Translations under genes and position numbers: made by a program
Shown here: positions 1-8,626 of the stretch, piece after piece
Position numbering within the stretch: position 1 is the stretch's first letter
How the letters are laid out: each line of letters begins with the position of its first letter
Source of the DNA: an uncultured Candidatus Woesearchaeota archaeon
Lineage (GTDB): Archaea; Nanobdellota; Nanobdellia; UBA10117
Assembly (NCBI GenBank): GCA_903864915.1
Contig: CAIPHS010000011.1
Span: forward strand, 14,634 to 78,633
Length of the DNA: 64,000 bases
Reading direction: 5' to 3'
The notes under the pieces: model-generated
What the model saw: the letters and a program-made list of their open reading frames with translations, nothing else
Database searches by the model: none
What the model was told of the DNA's origin: nothing

Positions 1-1
1 G

Positions 2-514
2 CCATTCTTGGGAGATGTAAAAGCACCAGTCACAATTGTAGAATTCAGTGATTTCCAATGCCCGTACTGCGGCAAGTTTGCGGTAGAGACGGAACCACAA
101 ATAATCAAAGATTATGTTAATACAGGCAAAGTAAAACTAATTTTCGAGAATTTCCCGCTTAGCTTCCACGAGAATGCAAAATCAGCAGCGATTGCAGCTG
201 AATGTGCTAACCAGCAAAGCAAGTTCTGGGATTATCACAGCAAGCTCTTTACAAATCAGGCAAACCTAAGCGCAGACAATTACAAAGTGTGGGCTGAAGA
301 TTTGAAGCTAGACATGGACAAGTTCAACACCTGCACAGCAGCAAACGAGACTGAAACGAATGTGGCAAAAGACTTGGCAGATGGTTTGGCTGCAGGCGTG
401 CAGGGAACTCCAACACTGCTCATCGGCAATGCTAAGAACGGCTATGAAATGGTTGTGGGCGCATTGCCTTACGCAGCATTCCAGCAGGCAATTGACGCAG
501 AGCTCAGCAAGTAA
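2..514 (+). CDS. DsbA-like thiol:disulfide oxidoreductase (5' end truncated by window edge)
   Basis: The reading frame is open to the window start. It has the thioredoxin-fold motif VTIVEFSDFQCPYCGKF (CPYC active site) and the C-terminal GTPTLLIG typical of the DsbA family. Confidence 0.8.
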   Translation, partial: PFLGDVKAPVTIVEFSDFQCPYCGKFAVETEPQIIKDYVNTGKVKLIFENFPLSFHENAKSAAIAAECANQQSKFWDYHSKLFTNQANLSADNYKVWAEDLKLDMDKFNTCTAANETETNVAKDLADGLAAGVQGTPTLLIGNAKNGYEMVVGALPYAAFQQAIDAELSK

Positions 515-545
515 ATTTTTAAGCTCTTTATTTTTAATAATCAAC

Positions 546-746
546 ATGGCCAAATTCAAAATAACGCAACAAAGGGAAAAATGCATTGGCTGCGGAGCCT
601 GCGCAGCAGTCTGTCCTGCCAACTGGTTAATGGACGATGATGGCAAGTCAACGCCAAAAAAGACAGAACTGGCTGAAGAAGGATGCAACAAGCTGGCAGC
701 AGAAGCCTGCCCCTTGCAGATAATTAAAATTGTAAAGCTTAAATAA
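546..746 (+). CDS. small 4Fe-4S ferredoxin
   Basis: ATG at 546 inside the longer 360..746 ORF. Contains CIGCGACAAVCP plus a distal C...ACP, a single-cluster ferredoxin pattern. Confidence 0.7.
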   Translation: MAKFKITQQREKCIGCGACAAVCPANWLMDDDGKSTPKKTELAEEGCNKLAAEACPLQIIKIVKLK

Positions 747-767
747 GTCTAACTTTTAGCGTAATAC

Positions 768-1556
768 ATGGCCACTTTGCAGCAAACTGTATCAGACATC
801 AAGTCATTGAAGATACAGGGCTCGCAAACTGTTGCCGAAACTGCTTTGAAAGCTTGGGCTCTCTCAAAAGACAAGAAACTTGCATCCAAACTACTTCGCG
901 ATGCTAGGCCAACAGAACCAATGCTTTTCCGGGCAATTCACGCTGTCGAGACTGGTGCGGACCCTCTAAGATTGGTCGGAAAACTCAGAAAAGATAGGCA
1001 AAGGATAGCGAAAATTGGCGCAGACCTGATAAAAAATGATGCTATAATTTTCACACATTGCCACTCGTCAACTGTCGTGGAAATACTGAAGGAAGCAAAA
1101 GCACAGGGGAAAAGGTTTGAAGTTCATAATACTGAAACAAGGCCAATGTTCCAGGGCAGAATTACTGCAACAGAGCTTGCAAAGGCAGGCATCAAAGTCT
1201 GTCATTATGTTGACTCTGCAGCCATCGACGCGATGAAACAAGCGGACATGTTCTTGATGGGTGCTGACTGGATATCACAGAAAGGCGTTGCCAACAAGAT
1301 TGGCACGGAAATGTTTGCAGAGATTGCAACAAAGTATCTTAAAATCCCGGTTTACTGCTGCAGCCACAGCTGGAAATTTTCTTCCGGAAATATACAAATC
1401 GAGCAACGGCCTGCGAAGGAAGTCTGGCCAAATGCGCCAAAAAATGTTATCGTGCACAACCCTGCTTTCGAGATTGCAGAAGCCAAGCATATCAAAGGTG
1501 TCATATCTGAACTTGGCATGCTAAGCTTCGATAAATTTGTTAAAAGAAAATGGTAA
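768..1556 (+). CDS. eIF-2B alpha/beta/delta family protein, probable ribose-1,5-bisphosphate isomerase
   Basis: Family motifs FTHCHSSTV (Cys-containing loop) and GADWISQKGVANKIGT. It shares an operon with form III RuBisCO. At 262 aa it is shorter than characterised members. Confidence 0.7.
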   Translation: MATLQQTVSDIKSLKIQGSQTVAETALKAWALSKDKKLASKLLRDARPTEPMLFRAIHAVETGADPLRLVGKLRKDRQRIAKIGADLIKNDAIIFTHCHSSTVVEILKEAKAQGKRFEVHNTETRPMFQGRITATELAKAGIKVCHYVDSAAIDAMKQADMFLMGADWISQKGVANKIGTEMFAEIATKYLKIPVYCCSHSWKFSSGNIQIEQRPAKEVWPNAPKNVIVHNPAFEIAEAKHIKGVISELGMLSFDKFVKRKW

Positions 1557-1918
1557 AAGGAAACCTCCGCAAAAAGATTGAAAAAGAATTCTTATACGAA
1601 CTAATCGTATTTTGTGCCAGTATAGTTGCGATTTCATTACTATACAAAAATAATCTTTTGCTAACCCTTCTCTTAATTGCATTTTGGGGTATTTGTTTAA
1701 AATTATGGCACACCAAACGCGATTTCTTTTTCTTTGTATCAGGCGCCATTATCGGACCCGTAGCAGAAATAATAGCGATTTATTTTGGAGCTTGGCATTA
1801 TACAAATCCAACACAATTAGGCATACCAATTTGGCTGCCGCTTGCGTGGGGCATATTTACAGTTATGATAGTACGAATTGCAGATACGTTTGCTAAATTT
1901 TGGGGGATAAAATGGTAA
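1550..1918 (+). CDS. small integral membrane protein, unknown function
   Basis: Several hydrophobic helices. The start overlaps the upstream stop and the stop overlaps the rbcL start, indicating translational coupling. Confidence 0.55.
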   Translation: MVKGNLRKKIEKEFLYELIVFCASIVAISLLYKNNLLLTLLLIAFWGICLKLWHTKRDFFFFVSGAIIGPVAEIIAIYFGAWHYTNPTQLGIPIWLPLAWGIFTVMIVRIADTFAKFWGIKW

Positions 1919-3192
1919 AATACACTGGGTACTGGCAACCTAACTACAAGCCGACTAAGAACGACTTGGTCATGCTGTACAAGATGAAGCCTGCGCGGGG
2001 AATTTCAATGAATCAGGCAGCAGAAGCTGTTGCCGCAGAATCTTCTATCGGAACCTGGACAACAATTGCAACCATGTCACCTGAAATAAAGAAGATGGGT
2101 GCTAAAGTTTTCGAGATTAAGGGAAACATGGTAAAAATTGCATATCCGCTGGAACTCTTTGAGCCAGGCAACATGCCGCAAATATGGAGTTCTGTTGCTG
2201 GAAATATTTTCAACATGAAGGATGTTGAATTCTTAAGATTGGAAGATGCCAGCTGGCCAAGAAAGCTGGTAACTAGTTTCAAAGGACCCAAATTCGGAAT
2301 TCCTGGCATTAGAAAACTGCTCCGCGTGAAAGACAGACCGCTTTGCGGAACAATAGTCAAACCAAAATTGGGGCTGAGCGAAAAAGGGCATGCTAAAGTC
2401 GCTTATGAGGCATGGTCAGGCGGCCTGGATATTGTAAAGGATGATGAAAACCTAACCTCCCAGCCATTCAACAAATTCCACGAACGAATTATCCAGACAT
2501 TAAAACTCAGGGACAAGGCAGAGGATGAAACCGGGGAAAAGAAAATCTACATGCCCAATGTTACTGCCGAGACAAGCGAGATGATCAAGAGGGCAAAATT
2601 CGTGAAAGATTGCGGTGGCGAATACGCCATGGTTGACATACTGACCATAGGATGGTCTGGCCTGCAGTCTATCCGAGAAGCAAATGAAGATTTGAAATTG
2701 GTTTTGCATGCGCACAGGGCGATGCACGGCGCATTGACAAGAAACAAGAATCACGGTATTTCGATGCTGTTTATTGCAGATACTGTCAGATTAATTGGTG
2801 TCGACCAGCTGCATATCGGAACTGCGGTGGGCAAAATGATGGAAACCAAGGAAGATGTAATGATGGTTGGCGAGGAAATCGAGGGAGGTTTCGTGAAAGC
2901 AAAAGGTCACAGGTTGCAAGAAGACTGGCACGGAGTAAAACCTGTTTTCGCGGTTTGCTCTGGCGGCCTGCATCCAGGTTTAATTCCTCCACTGATCAAA
3001 ATGCTGGGCAAAGACATAATTGTGCAAGCTGGCGGTGGCGTGCATGGTCATCCTTCCGGCACGAAGGCTGGCGCAGCAGCAATGCGGCAAGTCATAGACG
3101 CTGTAATGAAAAAAGAAAACGTCAGGGAGTATGCAAAAACACACAAGGAACTTGACCAGGCCATAAAAAAGTGGGGCCTTTACAACAAGTAG
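1912..3192 (+). CDS. rbcL: ribulose-bisphosphate carboxylase large subunit, form III (archaeal type)
   Basis: Contains GTIVKPKLGLS, the carbamylation and metal site DIVKDDENLTSQPF, HAHRAMHGA, SGGLHPG and GGGVHGHPSG. No small-subunit gene is present. ATG at 1912 is preferred over TTG at 1900. Confidence 0.95.
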   Translation: MVKYTGYWQPNYKPTKNDLVMLYKMKPARGISMNQAAEAVAAESSIGTWTTIATMSPEIKKMGAKVFEIKGNMVKIAYPLELFEPGNMPQIWSSVAGNIFNMKDVEFLRLEDASWPRKLVTSFKGPKFGIPGIRKLLRVKDRPLCGTIVKPKLGLSEKGHAKVAYEAWSGGLDIVKDDENLTSQPFNKFHERIIQTLKLRDKAEDETGEKKIYMPNVTAETSEMIKRAKFVKDCGGEYAMVDILTIGWSGLQSIREANEDLKLVLHAHRAMHGALTRNKNHGISMLFIADTVRLIGVDQLHIGTAVGKMMETKEDVMMVGEEIEGGFVKAKGHRLQEDWHGVKPVFAVCSGGLHPGLIPPLIKMLGKDIIVQAGGGVHGHPSGTKAGAAAMRQVIDAVMKKENVREYAKTHKELDQAIKKWGLYNK

Positions 3193-3252
3193 AATAGTCT
3201 TTACTGCAGAATTGTTACAGAACTTTAAATTGAGTTATTCCGTTCACTTATC

Positions 3253-3537
3253 ATGGCAATTCAAAAATTGGATGAAAAACATGTTGCACTAACACTAGGC
3301 AGTTTATTTGCTGCAGTAAGTGCTGTGTGGGCAGGATTAGTGTATGCTGGCTATGGCCAGACATTTGTAAACTGGATGACTGGCGTGCATTTCATACAGG
3401 CGCAAGCAATAGTAATCCCATTTGACATCACCACAACAATCGTGTTGATACTGGCAAAGTTCATAATTGGTGCATTGCTAGGTTATGCATTTGCAACAAT
3501 CTGGAACAAACTATCGAACAAGAAGCGGGCCCGATAA
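3253..3537 (+). CDS. small membrane protein, unknown function
   Basis: 94-aa ORF with 2-3 hydrophobic helices and a basic C-terminus. Confidence 0.45.
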   Translation: MAIQKLDEKHVALTLGSLFAAVSAVWAGLVYAGYGQTFVNWMTGVHFIQAQAIVIPFDITTTIVLILAKFIIGALLGYAFATIWNKLSNKKRAR

Positions 3538-3544
3538 GCCCCCC

Positions 3545-3554
3545 TTTATTTTTT
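3545..3554 (+). terminator. oligo-T tract (archaeal intrinsic terminator candidate)
   Basis: tttatttttt lies immediately after the TAA at 3535-3537. Confidence 0.3.
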
Positions 3555-3561
3555 AAATTAA

Positions 3562-3571
3562 ATTTTATAAA
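3562..3571 (+). promoter_or_regulatory. TATA-box-like element upstream of the permease gene
   Basis: attttataaa lies about 22-31 nt upstream of the ATG at 3593. No Shine-Dalgarno sequence is present, which suggests a leaderless or short-leader mRNA. Confidence 0.35.
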
Positions 3572-3592
3572 CTCAGTTTTACATAAAATTAT

Positions 3593-4849
3593 ATGGCCAC
3601 CAAACTCAAGCGTGCTCTAAACCTGTTTGAGGTTACTTTCTACGGTGTTGGAGTTATTCTGGGTGCAGGCATCTATGCTTTAATTGGCAAGGGTGCAGGC
3701 CTCGCGGGAAACATGGTCTGGGCTGCCTTCGCCATAGGCGCTTTGATTGCAGCATTTACAGGCCTAAGCTACGCAGAATTAAGCTCGATGTTCCCGAAAT
3801 CTGGCGGCGAATATGTTTTCGCGGAGAAAGCATTCAACAAAAGAATTGCATTTCTAATAGGCTGGCTAATCATTATTGGGGGATTCATAGCTTCTGCAGC
3901 GGTATCATTAGGATTTTCAGGCTATTTCAGCGCAATTTTCCATACACCAGTCATTCCGATTGCAATGACTTTGATCATGTTATTATCTTTACTAAGTTTT
4001 TGGGGCATAAAGCAATCCGCATTTGCTGAAGTCGCTGTAACATTCGTTGAAATTGGCGGATTGATTGCAATTATTTTATTCGGCATAAAATATGTGGGGC
4101 ATGTCAGTTATACCACCCTGCCACCTTTGGGATTTTCAGGCATATTAAGTGCCACGGCGCTGATATTTTTCGCATATCTTGGATTTGAAGACATAGTAAG
4201 GCTCTCCGAGGAAACTAAAAAACCCACAAAAACCATACCGACGGCGCTGATTCTCGCCATAGCCATTTCAACGATCCTGTACATAGGAACTGCAATTGCT
4301 GCAGTAAGCGTTGTTGGCTGGCAGGCGCTGTCGCAATCGGCTGCTCCGCTCGCGCTTGTTGCACAAACCGCCCTTGGAGAGAAGGCATTCCTATTCCTCG
4401 CGATAACCGCTTTATGCGCTACATTCACAACTGTTCTTGGACTTTTGATTGCAACATCAAGAATGCTTTACGGCATGGCTGAAGACGGGGGAATGCCAAA
4501 AATAATCCACAAGGCAGTGCATAAAAAATTCCAGACGCCATGGCTCGCAATTTTAATCACAGGCATAATATCCATAGCTTTTGTATTGCTTGAAAAGATT
4601 GAACTTGTTGCATCACTAACCGATTTTGCATTATTCGTAACATTTGCGCTTGTGAACCTGTCACTATTGATGCTGCGGTTCAAGCAGCCAAAAACCGCAA
4701 GGCCATTCAAAACTTGGGCTCTGCTTTCGGCATTTGGCATGATATCCAGCATAATAATGCTATTCTACCTGGACATGAAAATCTGGATAGCAGGGCTGGT
4801 CATAATTGGAGCAGGATTGCTGGCGCACGAATTATTTAGAAAAAAATAA
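3593..4849 (+). CDS. APC-superfamily amino acid/polyamine permease
   Basis: About 12 predicted TM helices. The N-terminal FEVTFYGVGVILGAGIYALIG and the SGGEY motif are typical of APC transporters. Confidence 0.85.
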   Translation: MATKLKRALNLFEVTFYGVGVILGAGIYALIGKGAGLAGNMVWAAFAIGALIAAFTGLSYAELSSMFPKSGGEYVFAEKAFNKRIAFLIGWLIIIGGFIASAAVSLGFSGYFSAIFHTPVIPIAMTLIMLLSLLSFWGIKQSAFAEVAVTFVEIGGLIAIILFGIKYVGHVSYTTLPPLGFSGILSATALIFFAYLGFEDIVRLSEETKKPTKTIPTALILAIAISTILYIGTAIAAVSVVGWQALSQSAAPLALVAQTALGEKAFLFLAITALCATFTTVLGLLIATSRMLYGMAEDGGMPKIIHKAVHKKFQTPWLAILITGIISIAFVLLEKIELVASLTDFALFVTFALVNLSLLMLRFKQPKTARPFKTWALLSAFGMISSIIMLFYLDMKIWIAGLVIIGAGLLAHELFRKK

Positions 4850-4860
4850 AACAGAAAAAT

Positions 4861-5022
4861 TTACTGCTTGCTTTGCACGTGCTGTATGCCCATTGTCAGG
4901 AACATCAGCGCATACAATATCACTGCAAATGGTATGTTCTGCTTCATTACGAGCAAGATACCCAATACTCCTGTTAAAAGCTGGGCATAGCCCATCAAGT
5001 TGTGTGTTTTGTCATGTGCCAT
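4861..5022 (-). CDS. possible 53-aa two-helix membrane peptide (below the ORF-track cutoff)
   Basis: Hand translation gives MAHDKTHNLMGYAQLLTGVLGILLVMKQNIPFAVILYALMFLTMGIQHVQSKQ. It fills an otherwise empty gap. Confidence 0.3.
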   Translation of the reverse strand: MAHDKTHNLMGYAQLLTGVLGILLVMKQNIPFAVILYALMFLTMGIQHVQSKQ

Positions 5023-5065
5023 AAATCAATCACGAAAAGTGCATATTTATTTGTGTGTCTCTACT

Positions 5066-5710
5066 ATGAAAGAACAGCAACAATTCAGCAAGATATTTAA
5101 TCGAGCCATTAGTTTTATACACATGATACCAGCTGCACTGCAAGATGTTCTTGATGTCATTAACGAGACAATTCTGGCCATAAAAGAGCGAAGGCATGCA
5201 GACCTGCACGCGATTTCAGACCATGTGCTGCACGACATGACAATCTACCAGGATTCGGATATTGTTGACCTTGCGATAGCAGTCTATGCGCTGAACAAGA
5301 TTCTGGAGACTGCGAAATACAGCGAACACCCGAAAATGAAGTTATTCGTCAAGACTATAGTGAGTTTGCTGAAAGAAGCCAAAGCATTGCTTGAAAAGAA
5401 AGATTACGAACACTTTTCCGAGACTTTGAAAGAAATCCTTGAAAACATACAAGGATTTAGCAAGTCAATCAAGTTCTACATAGAGGACATACTGCATTTT
5501 GCAAGGATAAAGAAAGGTACGAAGCTGTACGAGCACGGCCTGTCATTAGGCAGGGCTGCGGAAATAACCGGCGTGACGAAATGGGAACTGATGCCCGCAA
5601 TCGGCGAGACTGCAATACATGAGCAGTTCGAGACCCCTGCAAAAATGAATGAACATAGGATCAAATTTGCAGAGAAACTGTTCAAGTCGAAGAAAAAGGG
5701 GCAACAATGA
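5066..5710 (+). CDS. protein with C-terminal UPF0175-like HTH (antitoxin-like) domain
   Basis: The C-terminal LYEHGLSLGRAAEITGVTKWELMPAIGETAI resembles the UPF0175 antitoxin signature. The ATG at 5066 is preferred. The stop overlaps the downstream start by 4 nt. Confidence 0.5.
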   Translation: MKEQQQFSKIFNRAISFIHMIPAALQDVLDVINETILAIKERRHADLHAISDHVLHDMTIYQDSDIVDLAIAVYALNKILETAKYSEHPKMKLFVKTIVSLLKEAKALLEKKDYEHFSETLKEILENIQGFSKSIKFYIEDILHFARIKKGTKLYEHGLSLGRAAEITGVTKWELMPAIGETAIHEQFETPAKMNEHRIKFAEKLFKSKKKGQQ

Positions 5711-6384
5711 GCCTGTTTTTTGACTCGTCAACATTGATTAGCATGGCCATCACCTGTTCGCTGCCCCTTCTGAGGAAACTCAAGCAATCTTACGACGGCA
5801 AGTTTTACATCACGGAATCTGTTTATGGCGAAACCATAAGCAGGGCAATGCAATCCCTGCGTTTCAGGTATGAAGGCTACCGCGTAAAAGAGCTTATTGA
5901 TGATAAAATCATAGAGGTCTATCCCGACAAGCATCTGGCTGGTGACATAAATGAGCTGATGAATACCATAAACCACACTTACTTTGCTGAAGGCAAGCCG
6001 CTCAATATCGTTCAGTTAGGCGAAATGTCTGCAATAATTGCTGGATTTGAAGAAAAGACAGACGCGATTGCAGTTGATGAAAGGATAGCCCGGCTCCTAA
6101 TAGAAAATACTGACTTATTGAAACCCTGGCTTGAGCACAAATTGCATACTAAAGTAACCATAAACGAAGAAACTATGAAAAAATGGTTTCCCAGAGTATC
6201 AAACAAGTTTGTCCCGCTGAGGTCTGCAGAATTTGCAGTGACTGCCTGGAAGAAGGGCATTTTCGGCGACAATAAAGATGTCTTGTATGGGCTGCTTTGG
6301 GCGCTGAAATTCGCGGGATGCGCAATCACGGAGCAGGAAATAGACTTTTATATGAAGAAATCAACTCATCAAAATGGCCAGTAG
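5707..6384 (+). CDS. PIN-domain (DUF3368-type) nuclease-like protein with C-terminal extension
   Basis: The acidic residues follow PIN order: FFDSSTLI, ITESVYGE, LGEMSAII, AVDERIARLL. Confidence 0.5.
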   Translation: MSLFFDSSTLISMAITCSLPLLRKLKQSYDGKFYITESVYGETISRAMQSLRFRYEGYRVKELIDDKIIEVYPDKHLAGDINELMNTINHTYFAEGKPLNIVQLGEMSAIIAGFEEKTDAIAVDERIARLLIENTDLLKPWLEHKLHTKVTINEETMKKWFPRVSNKFVPLRSAEFAVTAWKKGIFGDNKDVLYGLLWALKFAGCAITEQEIDFYMKKSTHQNGQ

Positions 6385-6652
6385 ACAATTAGTTTTGCTA
6401 GAGGAACAAACAGTCCTTTCAAGAGAAAGGACGATGCAGCAATATATGACAACTGGGCTGGCATTCATCGGAGCAGGACTAATTGTTGTGCGGCTATTCC
6501 TAGGAGAACTGTACATGCTAATGGGCACAGTCCTGATTGTAATCGGATTCTGGCAGATTTATCAGGCGTATTTGAGATTCAAGCGGTACAGGTCTATGGC
6601 ACGAAAGCTCAGGCGCAAGGAAAAAAGATTGGGCTTGGATGTCGGTGAATAA
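6374..6652 (+). CDS. small membrane protein, DUF202/YidH-like
   Basis: LSRERTMQQYMTTGLAFIGAGLIVV followed by a second helix resembles the DUF202 pattern. Confidence 0.45.
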   Translation: MASRQLVLLEEQTVLSRERTMQQYMTTGLAFIGAGLIVVRLFLGELYMLMGTVLIVIGFWQIYQAYLRFKRYRSMARKLRRKEKRLGLDVGE

Positions 6653-6658
6653 CGAAAA

Positions 6659-7273
6659 TTAAGTGCTTAACGTATAAGAAAGTTCTGTTATCTTTAGTTG
6701 GGTGCCAGGTTCTACGTATGCTACAATATCCCAGCTGTTTCCGGTCCAGCTTACAGCGTCCAGGAAACATGTTTCCAAACACGTTCGACCGAAAGAGCCG
6801 CCACCGGTATTAAATCCAAGGTCACCAGGCCACGCAAGTTTATTACCTGTGCTTAATATCATCTCATCATCAAACTCTGCGTTTGCGGGATTTGCGGCTA
6901 CTGCAAGTCCTGTTATGAGGTTCGGCCTGTTTGGCTTGCCTACGTTGCCATAAACCATAAGTTTGTCACCCGCGCTGTTGCGTAAATAAACAGCGACATC
7001 ACCATCGCCGATTATCTCGCCAGATATTGCTAGATAATTCAGCGACGCTGATTGCCCGCTTTTTGTGTGCATCTGGATTAGTTTGCTTTCATCCAAAGTC
7101 ATATTGATCTGCTGTCTTTGTGCATCTGAAGAAACAAAACCAGTAATTGAAGGCTTTAACAAAACAAGGGGTAAAAACAAAAGGAGAACAATTACTGCGA
7201 CCAGTTCCAATTTTCGCAATCTCGTCGACCAAATGTTTGCCTTTACCATTTTATTAGAGGATATAAGCCTCAC
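6659..7273 (-). CDS. secreted/anchored protein, unknown function
   Basis: An N-terminal hydrophobic helix is followed by KPSITGFVSS, the same motif seen in the two giant proteins. GTG start lies 1 nt after the upstream stop; alternative ATG at 7249. Confidence 0.55.
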   Translation of the reverse strand: MRLISSNKMVKANIWSTRLRKLELVAVIVLLLFLPLVLLKPSITGFVSSDAQRQQINMTLDESKLIQMHTKSGQSASLNYLAISGEIIGDGDVAVYLRNSAGDKLMVYGNVGKPNRPNLITGLAVAANPANAEFDDEMILSTGNKLAWPGDLGFNTGGGSFGRTCLETCFLDAVSWTGNSWDIVAYVEPGTQLKITELSYTLST

Positions 7274-7274
7274 T

Positions 7275-7793
7275 TTAAAGTTTTTCTATGCTCTTTCTGG
7301 CTCGGATGCTATGAAAGACCCAAGTTAAAATCGCCATGCTAAGCCCTGCCACAAACATCGGCACAGCTAGCATCAGGCCATTAGTTGAAAATTGAGTTGC
7401 CAGCATGCTGATTGTGCTGCCGGTTAGTGGCATCTGAATGAAAGTGAAAATGAGCAGCAGACCAACCATAGTCAATAGAGCAACATGCAGCGCGGTAAGC
7501 GCATATTTAACGCGCTCTGATAACTTCTCTTGGTTCAGCGCCAGGATGGCAAATAAAAGTACCAACAAAAGCATTAGGGGGGTCGCATATATTAGATTTG
7601 GAGCAGTAGCTGGCTTGATGCTAATAACATCAGCACCCACACATTGTGCCGCATTAGAAACGACCTCTAAAAAATTACCAGTGGCAGTAAAATATGGGGA
7701 AGGGCAGTGCAAAGTCAGAAACACAGTCGCGATGATTAACAATAGCAACAAAATTACGACATTTGTTTTTCCGTCTAGTTTCTTTTTAGACAT
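7275..7793 (-). CDS. polytopic membrane protein, unknown function
   Basis: 172 aa with 4-5 hydrophobic helices. Confidence 0.5.
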   Translation of the reverse strand: MSKKKLDGKTNVVILLLLLIIATVFLTLHCPSPYFTATGNFLEVVSNAAQCVGADVISIKPATAPNLIYATPLMLLLVLLFAILALNQEKLSERVKYALTALHVALLTMVGLLLIFTFIQMPLTGSTISMLATQFSTNGLMLAVPMFVAGLSMAILTWVFHSIRARKSIEKL

Positions 7794-7880
7794 AGTCCGT
7801 AAACCGACACTAAATGACCGTCCCCTAATATAAGCATTATACTCTAAAGGTATATAAAAATATTGTGACTAAAAGGAACT

Positions 7881-8540
7881 TTATTGTGCAACCAGATTGA
7901 TTTCCTTTCCAGCTATCCTTACATTATCGACTGTGCCTGATATCTTCAACTCGTTTTTGCTAACCACAAAAATTCCAACAAAATTTTGCAAGTCTAGCTT
8001 CTCGTTATCAAGCGAGACTGTCGCTTTGCCGGAAGCCATGCTGACGCTGCCGGAAGAAGTGTAAGAAAAGGTGTCTAAGCTCAAATCCAAGCTTATCGCA
8101 TTATAATTAAGCTGGCCGTTTATATTCAAACTTTTCACATTTGGTAAGATTGCGATTTCATTAATTGCAAGCTTTTGTGTTTTACCAGAGAGATTTGCAG
8201 TCTCTGTTATATTAATAGAACCGTCGAAGGGTTCTGCAGTAAGTTCACCTGACGTCACATTTGACAAGTCCAGACTTTCAGAATTCACGGAAACACGATC
8301 TGTCGGATTCTCAAACGCTATCGATATTGAGTTTGCTCCTTTCAAGTCTAAACCTTTAAACTCCAGCACAGCATCTATTGGTATTCTTGAGCTCGAATTT
8401 CCGCCTGAGCCAGCAAATGCGCTGTCTATTTTCTCTATCAAGCCAGGGGCGAACTTTGTAATCCCGATACCCGTGCCTACTGAAGCTGCTAGAAAGAGCA
8501 AAACGAGGATAAGTAGGGTAGCCTTTCGTTTTAAAGTCAT
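7881..8540 (-). CDS. secreted beta-rich protein, unknown function
   Basis: N-terminal signal/anchor, then a repetitive beta-strand-like sequence rich in S/N/L. Confidence 0.5.
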   Translation of the reverse strand: MTLKRKATLLILVLLFLAASVGTGIGITKFAPGLIEKIDSAFAGSGGNSSSRIPIDAVLEFKGLDLKGANSISIAFENPTDRVSVNSESLDLSNVTSGELTAEPFDGSINITETANLSGKTQKLAINEIAILPNVKSLNINGQLNYNAISLDLSLDTFSYTSSGSVSMASGKATVSLDNEKLDLQNFVGIFVVSKNELKISGTVDNVRIAGKEINLVAQ

Positions 8541-8626
8541 AGTCTTACTGCTAAAAGATAACTTCTATAAAAGACTTAGTAGAGTTCAGCAAACATTTAA
8601 TACTACTGCATTCATCTACGTAATCT

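Noticed and set aside
308-691. 127-aa minus ORF and the 360..545 portion of the plus ORF.
   Set aside because: They overlap the DsbA-like gene and the ferredoxin. Only the 546..746 segment has ferredoxin motifs and its own ATG.
4806-5024. 72-aa plus ORF after the permease.
   Set aside because: It overlaps the permease 3' end in another frame, with a Cys/Arg-rich translation. The opposite-strand 53-aa hydrophobic ORF is more plausible, though still weak.
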